DNA of 64,000 nucleotides from Desulfobacterales bacterium. GTDB taxonomy: Bacteria; Desulfobacterota; Desulfobacteria; Desulfobacterales; SpSt-501. The translations under genes and the position numbers were made by a program. This document shows, piece by piece, positions 37,785 through 47,206 of the stretch. The stretch lies in assembly GCA_041736435.1 (NCBI GenBank), contig JBGSTS010000106.1, positions 13,625-77,624 on the forward strand, written 5' to 3'. How positions within the stretch are numbered: position 1 is the stretch's first letter; each line of letters starts with the position of its first letter. Under the pieces are notes generated by a model. It searched no databases and was not told where the DNA came from. It was given only the letters and a program-made list of their open reading frames with translations.

Positions 37785-38519
37785 ATGAGCAACACGGTAT
37801 TCGACCGGGTGGTGCGCGACTACGAAAAGATCCACAACCGCAGCCTGCCGCCGGGTGTCAGCAGCGATGAGTTCGTTCGCCAGAAGGCCGAACACGTCGT
37901 CCGGTGGATACGGGAAAGCGCCGGCGCCGGAGAGTTCTGCTATCTAGACTTCGGCTGCGGCAACGGCCGGCTCTTCCGGCTTCTGCTCGATTCGAGCACG
38001 CTGTCACCGCTGTTGGCAGGAGGCCGTCTGCGGCTCTTCGGCGTCGAGCCCTCGGCGGAATCGCTCGTTGAGGCCAAGAGAATAGCGGGCGATGGCAGGG
38101 TTTGCTTCGCACGCCGCTTGGAAGAGCTCCCTGCAACCGTCCGGTTCGACTTGGTCATCAGCTGCAATGTTTTCCATCACATTCCGCCCTCTGAGCGTGC
38201 GGCGACGGCTGGCGCGTTGCGGGTGCGGATGAAACCGAATGCAAACCTCGTCATCTGGGAGCACAATCCGTTCAACCCATTTTCGCGCCTGCTCGTGAAG
38301 TTTTGTCCGTTTGACGAAGACGCCTGTCTGCTGACGCTGGCCGGCGCCAGGCGCCTTCTCGCAGAGAACGGATTCCGCTATGTGAAGCATGCCTACGTGA
38401 ATCTCTTTCCCCCCAGCTGGCAGCAGTTGAAATTCGTCTCACGCGTCGAGTCCAGGCTGGCGGGCCTGCCCGTCGGGGCGCAATACTGGGTGATGGTGGC
38501 CAGCCATGAAGTGCGATAG
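37785..38519 (+). CDS. Class I SAM-dependent methyltransferase
   Basis: YLDFGCGNGR motif I, followed by DLVISCNVFHHI. Confidence 0.75.
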   Translation: MSNTVFDRVVRDYEKIHNRSLPPGVSSDEFVRQKAEHVVRWIRESAGAGEFCYLDFGCGNGRLFRLLLDSSTLSPLLAGGRLRLFGVEPSAESLVEAKRIAGDGRVCFARRLEELPATVRFDLVISCNVFHHIPPSERAATAGALRVRMKPNANLVIWEHNPFNPFSRLLVKFCPFDEDACLLTLAGARRLLAENGFRYVKHAYVNLFPPSWQQLKFVSRVESRLAGLPVGAQYWVMVASHEVR

Positions 38520-39168
38520 GGCGGCCTGGACCCTCTACGGCAGGGAGCCGACTATAACGCGCCTGCACGTCCTCGTGCGCGCGTTGACCTGCCCTTTCGC
38601 CCCGCTCCTTGAGCGCTTCCCGTCGCAGGGGACGGCGCTGGACGTGGGCTGCGGGCACGGCCTGCTGATCAACCTCCTTGCCCGGGACCCAGCACGTGCC
38701 GGGCTGAAATTGTGCGGCATCGACCACGATGCGGCCAAGATCGAACAGGCCCGGCGTTGTGCGCCGGCCGGGGTTGAGTTTTCGACCCGTCGGTTGGGGG
38801 AACTCCCTGGGTGCTCCTTCGATGTGGTCTCCGTGGTGGACGTGCTGTACACGGTCCGGCGGGAGGCCTGGGACGAAATCCTGGAGGGGTGTTTCCGCGT
38901 GCTTCGGCCGGGGGGCCGGCTCATTTTGAAGGAGGTGGTCGACCGGCCGCGCTGGAAATACTGGGCGATCATGGCCCAAGAGGCCCTTTCCGTGACCGTG
39001 TTCGGCATCACCAAGGGGGAGCGGCCGCACTTCGAATCGCCTGCGGACTACTGCCGGGCGGCGGAGCAGGCCGGCTTCACCCTTCTCGATGCCCAGCCTC
39101 TCTCTTCCGCAACCTGGATCAGCCACTACCTTGTAGTCGCCCAAAAACCCATCAGTGTCCATCCTTAA
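38506..39168 (+). CDS. Class I SAM-dependent methyltransferase
   Basis: ALDVGCGHGLL motif I, LRPGGRLILKE. Overlaps the upstream methyltransferase by 14 nt. Confidence 0.75.
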   Translation: MKCDRAAWTLYGREPTITRLHVLVRALTCPFAPLLERFPSQGTALDVGCGHGLLINLLARDPARAGLKLCGIDHDAAKIEQARRCAPAGVEFSTRRLGELPGCSFDVVSVVDVLYTVRREAWDEILEGCFRVLRPGGRLILKEVVDRPRWKYWAIMAQEALSVTVFGITKGERPHFESPADYCRAAEQAGFTLLDAQPLSSATWISHYLVVAQKPISVHP

Positions 39169-39184
39169 TGATTCAGCCCCGCCG

Positions 39185-40063
39185 TTAGCGGCGGGGCTGA
39201 ATCATAGACAAATCGGCGAAACGGCAGGGCCGAATTCCCCTTGCGGCGATCTCGGCGCGAAGCGAAGGGTGGGTTAGAGCGCGCAATTCCTTCTCGTGTT
39301 CGTAGCCCCAGCTGCGGATCTCCGGATCATCGGGAGAGAGCCCAGGGTGGCACATGAGCTCATAAATACCCCCCGGTTTCAGCTCTCTTATCAGGTGCTG
39401 CAGCCGTTCGAGGTTCAACCGGCCCCCATCTCGAAAACCCAGGAATTGTAAGGGCGGGTGGTTCGTCGGTCCCGAGCCGGTAAGCCGCGCCAGGGCCCAG
39501 GCAACCCGCAACGACGCGGCCCCAAAGAGGCGGTTCAGCCCGTGCAGGCTCGGCGGCCGATCCAGCGCCAACCGCTCACAGGGGATCCGCACGAAGGGGA
39601 TGCCGAAGCGGGCGGCGAGCTCCCGGCAGATCCTCGCCAGCCCCGGCAGGACGTGCACGTGCTGGTGGCTGTCCAGATGGCTGACCGCGATCCCCTGATT
39701 GAGGACGCGCTCGATCTGGGTCGACCACTCGGCGCGGACCTCTGAAAGTTTGATGCCGCCGGTGAGGTATCGTTGCAGCAGGGCACCGGCGCCGGCTGGA
39801 AACCGGCCGTTTGGCCCTGCGAGAGAAGAGCCCGGCCGCAGCGGCCTCTCGGCCACCAGCGTCAGGTGCACGCCGACATCCAGGCCGGGGGCGGACCGGC
39901 AGCAGTCGATGGCATGCTCGAAAGCCCTGCCCACCGCCATCAGGGAGGTTGCCGTGACGATCCCCCACCGATGGGCGAAGAGGATTGCTTCGTTCATTGA
40001 CTCGGAGAGACCGAAGTCGTCGGCGTTGACCACCAGCCGGATCTCTGGATCTGGCCCGTTCAT
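39185..40063 (-). CDS. YdjC/ChbG/HpnK-family carbohydrate deacetylase
   Basis: LVVNADDFGLSESMNEAILFAHRWGIVTATSLM, VGVHLTL, LDSHQHVH. ATG 40063 overlaps the GT2 stop (ATGA). The track's longer ORF overlaps the GT2 gene and is rejected. Confidence 0.85.
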   Translation of the reverse strand: MNGPDPEIRLVVNADDFGLSESMNEAILFAHRWGIVTATSLMAVGRAFEHAIDCCRSAPGLDVGVHLTLVAERPLRPGSSLAGPNGRFPAGAGALLQRYLTGGIKLSEVRAEWSTQIERVLNQGIAVSHLDSHQHVHVLPGLARICRELAARFGIPFVRIPCERLALDRPPSLHGLNRLFGAASLRVAWALARLTGSGPTNHPPLQFLGFRDGGRLNLERLQHLIRELKPGGIYELMCHPGLSPDDPEIRSWGYEHEKELRALTHPSLRAEIAARGIRPCRFADLSMIQPRR

Positions 40064-41061
40064 GGACCGGGGCGAGGGTCGTTGCGTTTGGGCATGCCGG
40101 CGGTGTCGCTCACGATGAATCGGGGCCGCCGCCGGACCTCGACGACGATGCGGCTGATGTATTCGCCCAGGATGCCAAGGTAGACGAAGAGCAGGGAGAA
40201 CAGCAGCGAGACCACCATCAGAGTCGAGGCCCAGCCGGGAACTGTGCCGTAGCCGAAGATTTTGCCGAAGAATGCGTAGAACACCCCCGCAGCCGAGACC
40301 AGGCTGCCGATCAGCCCGAGTACGATGCCGATGCGCAGCGGCAGGATCGAAAAGGAGCTCACCCCTTTCCATGCCAGGCTGACCATTTTGCGGAGGCTGT
40401 AGGCGGATCGCCCCCGGGCGCGCTCTCCGGGGCGGTAGGGTACCGCACAGGAGGGGAACCCGATCCATTCCACCAGGCCGCGCAGAAACAACCCCTCCTC
40501 CCTGAAACGCATGAGCTCGTTCAGCGCCTGGCGGTCGAGCAGCCGGAAGTCCGCCATACCCGGTTGCAGGTTGACCCCGCTGAGATAGGAGAAGAGCCGG
40601 TAGAACCCACGTGAAGTCCAGCGCTTGAACCACCCGACCTTGCGATCATTCTGGCGTAGGGTTTTCACCACCTTGTAGCCGGCACGCCACTTCTCGATCA
40701 GCACCGGCAACATCTCGACCGGATGCTGCAGGTCGCAGTCCATATTGATCACGGCATCTCCCACCGACATCTCCATCCCGGCCATGAGCGCGTATTGGTG
40801 GCCGAAATTGCGCGACAGGCGCGCTCCCTTTACATACGGAACTTCCGCAGCCAATCCGGTGATCACCGACCAGGTGTCGTCGCGGCTGCCGTCGTCGATA
40901 AAAATCAGCTCCCAGTCTCCGGGAACCGTTTCGTCCAGCACCGCGGCGACGCGTTCGTGAAGCAGCGGAATGTTCTCCGCCTCGTTGAAGGCGGGCACGA
41001 CCACACTGACAAGCGCTCGGCGCTCGGCGCTCTTTTCGGGTGAGGCGGTCATGGGGTTCAT
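40060..41061 (-). CDS. GT2 polyprenyl-phosphate glycosyltransferase (ArnC/GtrB/DPM1-like)
   Basis: VSVVVPAFNEAENI, IFIDDGSRDDT, MDCDLQHP, plus two C-terminal TM helices. Confidence 0.88.
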   Translation of the reverse strand: MNPMTASPEKSAERRALVSVVVPAFNEAENIPLLHERVAAVLDETVPGDWELIFIDDGSRDDTWSVITGLAAEVPYVKGARLSRNFGHQYALMAGMEMSVGDAVINMDCDLQHPVEMLPVLIEKWRAGYKVVKTLRQNDRKVGWFKRWTSRGFYRLFSYLSGVNLQPGMADFRLLDRQALNELMRFREEGLFLRGLVEWIGFPSCAVPYRPGERARGRSAYSLRKMVSLAWKGVSSFSILPLRIGIVLGLIGSLVSAAGVFYAFFGKIFGYGTVPGWASTLMVVSLLFSLLFVYLGILGEYISRIVVEVRRRPRFIVSDTAGMPKRNDPRPGP

Positions 41062-41081
41062 TTATGCTCGCGGCCGATGGG

Positions 41082-42242
41082 TCAACCGGCCCAGTAGTGG
41101 TGCACGAACCGGGTGATGTTCAGGGCCAGCAGAAGGCTGGACGCAAATACCCAGGCGCTGCGGCCGACGGGGGAGCGGATTCCGGCCGCGATCAGGTAAA
41201 TGGGAAACATTACCATGGCGTAGCGGGCAATCCCCAGCGCCGTTCCTGTGCTCAGCGCTACTGCCAGTGAAACCAGCATGTAGAGACCATAGGAGAGCCG
41301 GAAACGCTTGAGCGCAATACAGGCGAAGACGATTGCGAGCAGGGTGAAGGTCAGGTCGAGCAGGGTGTGGGCCAGGTCGGGGTTGTTGCGGATGACCAGG
41401 TAGTCCTGCAGATCCGCATGGAAATCGCGCCCGAACATTTTTTGAACTTTTAGATAAAGGAAAAAATCGTCGAACACGATCCAATGGTGCAGGAAAAAGG
41501 CGGTGATGCCGATCGGCGCCAGGAGCAGGGGCCAGACCCGGGTGGTGAAGAGTGTCCGCCAGCCATAGGCCTGAATGAACTCGACGAACAGCACGACGAA
41601 CAGAAACACGCCGGCCACGCGGGTGGCGGAGGCCAGGGCCGTACAAACCCCGGCCATTATAAAATTGCGCTTGAGCGCAAAAAACACCACGGCCAGGGAG
41701 AGAAACAGGAACAACGATTCGGAGTAGACGGCATTCAGGAAAAAGGCCGTGGGAAAAACCAGCAGGAAAAGCGCCGGCCGCGCCGGGTCGAGGTCGGGAT
41801 GGAACTCCTGGGCGAGCCGGGTCAGCATGGCGACGGCCAAGGCCAGAAACACACTGCTGACGATCCAACCGGCAAGGATTAGGTTCCCGCCGGTCAGGTA
41901 CCCCGCCAGGCGCACCAGCATCGGGTAGAGCGGGAAAAAAACCACGTTGGCCTGGCTGCTTTCGCCGCGCAGGTAGTAGCCCTTCTCGGCGATGTCGAGA
42001 TACCAGGCCGCATCCCAGCGGTTGTGCAGGGCGATGATGTCCCAGCTGGGTTTGATCGTGTAAATTTCGGGTGAGATCCACCCCAGGGCGGTGTCAAGTG
42101 TGAGGTTCAGGCGGTTCAGCGCCATCAGGGCAAAGATGTTGACGATGACAAGCCAGACCGCGACCAGGGCCAGGTTCTGGCGGACCGGCGGGGCAAAAAA
42201 AAACGACCGCAAGGCGTTTTTGGAGGAATGGACCATGTTCAA
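41082..42242 (-). CDS. Polytopic GT-C-type glycosyltransferase (PIG-V/mannosyltransferase-like)
   Basis: 386 aa with about 10 TM segments. WDAAWYLDIAEKGY periplasmic-loop motif. Confidence 0.65.
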   Translation of the reverse strand: MNMVHSSKNALRSFFFAPPVRQNLALVAVWLVIVNIFALMALNRLNLTLDTALGWISPEIYTIKPSWDIIALHNRWDAAWYLDIAEKGYYLRGESSQANVVFFPLYPMLVRLAGYLTGGNLILAGWIVSSVFLALAVAMLTRLAQEFHPDLDPARPALFLLVFPTAFFLNAVYSESLFLFLSLAVVFFALKRNFIMAGVCTALASATRVAGVFLFVVLFVEFIQAYGWRTLFTTRVWPLLLAPIGITAFFLHHWIVFDDFFLYLKVQKMFGRDFHADLQDYLVIRNNPDLAHTLLDLTFTLLAIVFACIALKRFRLSYGLYMLVSLAVALSTGTALGIARYAMVMFPIYLIAAGIRSPVGRSAWVFASSLLLALNITRFVHHYWAG

Positions 42243-42298
42243 TGATTTTGTCCCATAACGCGTGACAAACCCTCATCGGAAGCAGGCACCCGAGGCGC

Positions 42299-42312
42299 AC
42301 GTGATCACGTGT
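42299..42312. promoter_or_regulatory. Perfect 14-bp palindrome CACGTGATCACGTG
   Basis: Seen directly in the sequence, 57 bp upstream of the GT-C gene start, in the divergent region shared with pckG. Confidence 0.3.
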
Positions 42313-42617
42313 CGAGGCAAAATAGCGGAAAGGGTTTCGCGAGTCAACGCCCATTCAGCAAAGCTGTGTCATTGCTTCGGGAACCAAACTCCCCAAAAAC
42401 GATAACAACCGGGGTGGGTCCGATTGCGGCGGCGTCCCCCAACAGGCCTTTCAGCGGCTGGTCGCGCCCCATGTTTACTACTTCTTAGGCAATAGCTCTG
42501 TTTTCCGCCGCCTTTTTCTTGACATCCCCATGGCTGTAAAATAACATCGTCACGGGACATGACGACTTTCTTGGAAGCCGCCGATTCCGGGAGCCAACTT
42601 CTGACGAATGGAGATCG

Positions 42618-44411
42618 ATGCCCATGAAAGCACCTACGGACAACCCCAAACTCACCCAGTGGGTCCAGGAATGCGCCCAGAGGTGCGAACCCGACCACAT
42701 CCACTGGTGCGACGGTTCGGTGGATGAGTACAACACCCTGATGAAGCAGATGGTGGCCGATGGCGCGACCATCGCGCTCAAAAAGCGCCCGAACAGCGTC
42801 CTTTTCCGCTCCGACCCGAGTGACGTTGCCCGGGTCGAGGATCGCACCTTCATCAGCACACCCAGCCGGGTCGAGGCCGGCCCCACCAACAACTGGGCCG
42901 ACCCCGGCGAACTCAAGAACACCATGCGTGGGTTTTACAAGGGCTGCATGCGCGGCCGCACCCTCTACGTGATCCCTTTTTCCATGGGCCCCATCGGTTC
43001 GCCGCTGGCCAAGATCGGTATCGAGATCACCGACAGCCCTTACGTGGTGTGCAACATGCACGTCATGACCCGCGTGGGCACAAAGGTTCTCAGCGTTCTG
43101 GGCAAGGACGGGGATTTCATCCCTTGCCTGCATTCGGTCGGCGCCCCGTTGGCCAAAGGGCAAAAGGACGTGCCCTGGCCCTGCGCGCCCATCGAGCAGA
43201 AATACATCAGCCACTTTCCGGATGAGAACCTGATCTGGTCCTACGGATCGGGCTATGGCGGCAACGCCCTGCTCGGGAAAAAATGCCTGGCGCTGAGAAT
43301 CGCTTCGGCCATCGCCCGGCGCGAGGGCTGGATGGCGGAGCATATGCTGATCCTGCGACTGACGAACCCGGAGGGCCGGCGCTTTCACATCGCCGCCGCA
43401 TTTCCCTCAGCCTGCGGCAAGACCAACCTGGCCATGATCCATCCCACCATTCCGGGGTGGAAGGCCGAGTGCATCGGCGACGACATCTGCTGGATGAAGA
43501 TCGGCCCGGACGGCCGGCCCTATGCCATCAACCCCGAAAGCGGCTTTTTCGGGGTGGCCCCGGGGACTTCCTATGACTCCAACCCGGCGGCTATGGACAG
43601 CCTCAAGGAAAACATCATCTTCACCAACTGCGCTTTGACGGACGACGGCGACATCTGGTGGGAAGGGATCGACGGCCCGCCCCCGGCCCACGCCATCGAC
43701 TGGAAAGGAAAGGACTGGACGCCGGCCAGCAAGACGGACGCGGCCCACCCCAACGCCCGGTTCACGGCGCCGGCGGCGCAATGCCCGATCATCAGCCCGG
43801 ACTGGGAGAAGCCCGAAGGGGTGCCGATCGACATCTTTGTTTTCGGCGGCCGGCGGGAGAGCGTGGTGCCCCTGGTGCACGAAGCCTACGGGTGGGACCA
43901 CGGGGTTTTTCTGGGGTCCACCGCCGCCTCAGAGACCACGGCGGCCAACATCGGCGCGGTGGGCAACCTGCGGCGCGACCCCTTTGCCATGAAGCCCTTC
44001 TGCGGATACAACATGGGCGACTACTTCCAGCACTGGTTCGACATGGGCGACCGGCTCGGGGACAAGGCCCCGCGCATCTTCTATGTCAACTGGTTTCGCA
44101 AAAGCCCGCAGGGCAAGTGGCTGTGGCCGGGCTACGGCGAAAACAGCCGCGTGCTCAAGTGGATGTGCGACCGGGTGAGCGGGAAGGTCGGCGCCCGTGA
44201 GACGCCGATCGGCCGGGTTCCCCTGGAGGGCGACCTCGATCTGACCGGGCTCTCCATTCCACCCCAGGATCTCAAGGAGGTCATGACGGTCGACACGGCG
44301 GCGTTCAAAGCCGAGGTCCCCGACATCGAGAAGCATTTCAAGCAGTTCGGCGACCGGCTACCCGCGCGCCTAAACGCCCAGCTCAGGGGCCTGGCGGAGC
44401 GGCTGGGGTGA
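42618..44411 (+). CDS. pckG: Phosphoenolpyruvate carboxykinase (GTP)
   Basis: 597 aa. [12 protein letters not shown] (kinase-1a), [16 protein letters not shown]. Confidence 0.93.
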   Translation: MPMKAPTDNPKLTQWVQECAQRCEPDHIHWCDGSVDEYNTLMKQMVADGATIALKKRPNSVLFRSDPSDVARVEDRTFISTPSRVEAGPTNNWADPGELKNTMRGFYKGCMRGRTLYVIPFSMGPIGSPLAKIGIEITDSPYVVCNMHVMTRVGTKVLSVLGKDGDFIPCLHSVGAPLAKGQKDVPWPCAPIEQKYISHFPDENLIWSYGSGYGGNALLGKKCLALRIASAIARREGWMAEHMLILRLTNPEGRRFHIAAAFPSACGKTNLAMIHPTIPGWKAECIGDDICWMKIGPDGRPYAINPESGFFGVAPGTSYDSNPAAMDSLKENIIFTNCALTDDGDIWWEGIDGPPPAHAIDWKGKDWTPASKTDAAHPNARFTAPAAQCPIISPDWEKPEGVPIDIFVFGGRRESVVPLVHEAYGWDHGVFLGSTAASETTAANIGAVGNLRRDPFAMKPFCGYNMGDYFQHWFDMGDRLGDKAPRIFYVNWFRKSPQGKWLWPGYGENSRVLKWMCDRVSGKVGARETPIGRVPLEGDLDLTGLSIPPQDLKEVMTVDTAAFKAEVPDIEKHFKQFGDRLPARLNAQLRGLAERLG

Positions 44412-44535
44412 AAAACGGCGCCTCAGGCCGTGATCCATTGTTGCGCTTCATCGCGGAGTCGCCGCGGCGTACTTGAGTACGCCTCGCTCCCCGCTCTTCG
44501 CGCGCCTCGGCTGACAGCCTGAGGCGTCGTTTTTC
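44411..44535. repeat. Family-B palindromic intergenic repeat, copy B3 (terminator-like)
   Basis: AAAAACGGCGCCTCAGGCC...TTGTTGCGCTTCATCGCGG...GGCGTACTTGAGTACGCC...CGCTCTTCGCGCGCC...GCCTGAGGCGTCGTTTTT. The outer arms pair, and A/T runs sit on both sides. Confidence 0.7.
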
Positions 44536-44733
44536 GAGGCCTTACCCCGCCAGGGCTTTATTTTGGATGTCGGACACCCGGTTGTCGGACTCCGCCTCGA
44601 TCCGCCGCGCGATTTCGGAGACGAATCCCGTGTCGAAACAATGGTTGGGTTGCCAACGGTGGAGCGTATAACGATGCATGATTTTGATTTTACTCAGTGA
44701 ACACGCTTAAGTAGACACCTCAAGGAGGATCAG

Positions 44734-45252
44734 ATGGAAGGGATCGAAATTGCCGCCAAATTGATGGAGTTGGCGGCGGTGACCGCCCCGAAGAGCAAGG
44801 GGGTGAGTTTCGTCCAGACCCGGGTGCTGACAGGCGCCGTCCTGAACGACTTGGCGGCCGAAATGGTGCGGTTCGGCGAGCGCACCGGGAAAAAGGACTT
44901 CGATCGCGACGCGAAGGGGGTTGCCCGCTCCGAGGCCGTGGTCTTGATCGGAATCAAGGACGCCCAGCCGGTGGGCCTCGATTGCGGGGCCTGCGGGTTT
45001 TCCGACTGCAAGAGTTTTCAGAACCAGGCCAAGAAAGAGGTCGAATTCGTGGGGCCGGTGTGCGCGTTCCGGCTGCTCGACATGGGCATCGCCCTGGGGT
45101 CTGCCGTCAAGACCGCCAGCCTGCTCAACCTGGACAACCGCATCATGTACCGGATCGGTGTCGTCGCCCGCTTGACGGGGATGGTGGACTGGGATTTCGT
45201 CATGGGGATCCCCCTGTCGGCCACGGGCAAGAACATCTTCTTCGACCGATAG
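44734..45252 (+). CDS. DUF2148-family ferredoxin-domain protein
   Basis: 172 aa. AVTAPKSKG, GLDCGACGFSDC, DLGIALGSAV-like core, GIPLSATGKNIFFDR. Confidence 0.7.
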   Translation: MEGIEIAAKLMELAAVTAPKSKGVSFVQTRVLTGAVLNDLAAEMVRFGERTGKKDFDRDAKGVARSEAVVLIGIKDAQPVGLDCGACGFSDCKSFQNQAKKEVEFVGPVCAFRLLDMGIALGSAVKTASLLNLDNRIMYRIGVVARLTGMVDWDFVMGIPLSATGKNIFFDR

Positions 45253-45326
45253 AAACGGCAAATGATTAAATTCACCGCCCGCTTCGCTCGAGGCGCAGAG
45301 ATCGCAGAGAGTGGACTCTTTAAATG

Positions 45327-46043
45327 CTAGAGACCGAACGGGGTTCTCGCTAGTGCTGAGTGCACATGGCGGATCAACGTGACGATGTCGTAGACCGGCA
45401 GGCCGACCGCCGCTTGCACGGCCGCGGCGTAGGGCGGCAGGTTGGCGCACTCGAAAAGCAGGGCGCGGATGGCGGGGTCTGAGGCCGCCATCCGGCGTGC
45501 TGCCGCCACCACTTCGGTTTCAATCCCCTGTCGGTTCAACCGCCTTCGGCCCCCGAAGATCGCCTCGCGAAAATGAGGTTGGTCTTCCAAGCCGCAAACG
45601 GCCAGCCGGGCTGCGTCCGCTCCGGCCCTCCGCAGGTGTTCTGCGGTCAGGTTTGCGGCATCCGCCGTGATCACCCCGATCCGGTCGCGCGGGGTAAGCA
45701 TGCGCTGAAGGAAGGGCAGCTGCAGCAGGCTCGAGGTGAACACCGGCACCGGCAGTCGGGCGGAAAGCTCCTCCTGGAAGAGGACCATGAAACCGCAGGT
45801 GGTGGTGAGCGCCCGGGTCCCCTCGCGGACGAGGTCCAACCCCGCCTCGACGAACGGCGTAAGCAGGGACGGGTCGCACTTTCGGATCAGGCGGTCGAGG
45901 GTGGCGCCGGGAACTTGGCGGCAGCGCACCGGGAATGGGAACGTGGCCGGGTTGCCGGCATCGCCGGGGATGCGTTCGATGGGGGCATCCATTACGAGAA
46001 TTCCAACAAGGGGCCTGGGGCTGGCGGAGCTCGGATCGCTCAT
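45327..46043 (-). CDS. Asp/Glu/hydantoin racemase superfamily protein
   Basis: Two Cys-containing active-site-like motifs (TTCGFMV and LFECANLPPY). Start at ATG 46043. Confidence 0.7.
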   Translation of the reverse strand: MSDPSSASPRPLVGILVMDAPIERIPGDAGNPATFPFPVRCRQVPGATLDRLIRKCDPSLLTPFVEAGLDLVREGTRALTTTCGFMVLFQEELSARLPVPVFTSSLLQLPFLQRMLTPRDRIGVITADAANLTAEHLRRAGADAARLAVCGLEDQPHFREAIFGGRRRLNRQGIETEVVAAARRMAASDPAIRALLFECANLPPYAAAVQAAVGLPVYDIVTLIRHVHSALARTPFGL

Positions 46044-46079
46044 GGGGCTCCTGCATACCACCGGCTGCGGCAAATCACA

Positions 46080-46147
46080 ACGCAGACGAAACATTGTCTT
46101 GACACCTCTCTTTTCGCGCTGCTATGGCCTGATCGTTTCATCTGCGT
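46080..46147. promoter_or_regulatory. 13-bp inverted repeat pair bracketing a TTGACA box upstream of the TAXI-TRAP operon
   Basis: ACGCAGACGAAAC (46080-46092) versus GTTTCATCTGCGT (46135-46147), 12 of 13 complementary. TTGACA at 46099-46104 lies between them. Confidence 0.3.
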
Positions 46148-46196
46148 GGATCCGCGGAAAACCATCACTCACAACCATCTACCTGGGAGGTGACAA

Positions 46197-47177
46197 ATGA
46201 AGGGCTACGTTAAGGCATTGGCTGCAGTCTGCGCGCTTGTCGTCATGGCGGCCCTGCCGCTGCAGGCTCAGCAGGTCACGCTGACGTGGACGGCCGGCGG
46301 GGCCGGCGGCGGCTGGTACAGCATCGCCGGCGGGATCGCTGCCATCGTCAAGGAAGCCGACGCGGACATCGTGATCAAGGTCGTTCCAGGCGGCGGCTTG
46401 CAGAACCCGGCCGTGGTGGCCAGCAAGGGGGCCGAGATCGGCTGGGGTCTGCCGTTTCTGAACGCGGCCGCTTACAAGGGCATGGCGCCGTTTGAAAAGC
46501 CTCTCGTTGAGCTGCGGGCCCTGGCTGGGGGTATGAGCATGAATTACTTCCACTTTTACGTGGATGCGGGATCGCCCCTGAACACGATGGACGAGATCTT
46601 CGGCCAGAAGAAAAAAGTGCGGCTGGCCATCTCCCAGGCCGGCAGCTCCGACACCTGGGTGTTGGAGCGGGTGCTCGATTCCTACAAAACCAGCATCCCC
46701 GATCTCGAAAAGGCCGGCTTCACGTTCCTGCGTGGCAACTATGCCTTTCAAGCGAACCAGTTCAAGGACAAGAATGCAGACGGGGTTTTCACCTTTCTCG
46801 CCATCCCCGGTGCCGCGGTGACCGAGGCCTCGGTCGGCCGCAAGCTCAAGCTGATCGATTTCTCGGAGAGCGCCCTCAAGCATCTCGATCAGTTCGGCAT
46901 CACCAAAGGTAAAATCCCGGCCGGAACTTATGAAAAAGCGGCTAACACCAAGGATGTTATGACCGCGGTAGCCGGCAGCGTCATCACCGTCCACAAGGAG
47001 ATGAGCGAGGATCTGGCCTATCGGCTGACCAAGGCCTTCAACGACAGTTATCTGAAGGTCCGGAAGGTCCACTCCAGCATGGAGACCTATGAGATCAAAG
47101 ACGGCCCGACCGGCTTAGGAGTTCCGCTCCACCCGGGGGCCATCAAATACTACAAGGAAAAGGGTGTTTTAAAATAA
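46197..47177 (+). CDS. TAXI-family TRAP transporter solute receptor
   Basis: Signal peptide, then TAGGAGGGWYSIAGGIA..., typical of TAXI receptors. Confidence 0.88.
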   Translation: MKGYVKALAAVCALVVMAALPLQAQQVTLTWTAGGAGGGWYSIAGGIAAIVKEADADIVIKVVPGGGLQNPAVVASKGAEIGWGLPFLNAAAYKGMAPFEKPLVELRALAGGMSMNYFHFYVDAGSPLNTMDEIFGQKKKVRLAISQAGSSDTWVLERVLDSYKTSIPDLEKAGFTFLRGNYAFQANQFKDKNADGVFTFLAIPGAAVTEASVGRKLKLIDFSESALKHLDQFGITKGKIPAGTYEKAANTKDVMTAVAGSVITVHKEMSEDLAYRLTKAFNDSYLKVRKVHSSMETYEIKDGPTGLGVPLHPGAIKYYKEKGVLK

Positions 47178-47206
47178 CCTGCTACCGGTCAAAGGCGATG
47201 ACCTTA

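Noticed and set aside
40064-40633. N-terminal 190-aa extension of the YdjC deacetylase ORF (track 39185..40633).
   Set aside because: The extension overlaps the GT2 gene in another frame and is Pro/Arg/Gly-rich. ATG 40063 gives the canonical LVVNADDFG N-terminus and an ATGA stop/start overlap.
41062-42081. 339-aa alternative-frame ORF overlapping the GT-C gene on the same strand.
   Set aside because: Its translation is Pro/Arg/Gly-rich and not membrane-like. The 41082..42242 frame gives about 10 hydrophobic helices and the WDAAWYLDIAEKGY motif.
42540-42575. TTGACA ... TAAAAT upstream of pckG as a sigma70 promoter.
   Set aside because: The spacer between the two hexamers is only about 12 nt. 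No better -10 box lies at 16-18 nt.
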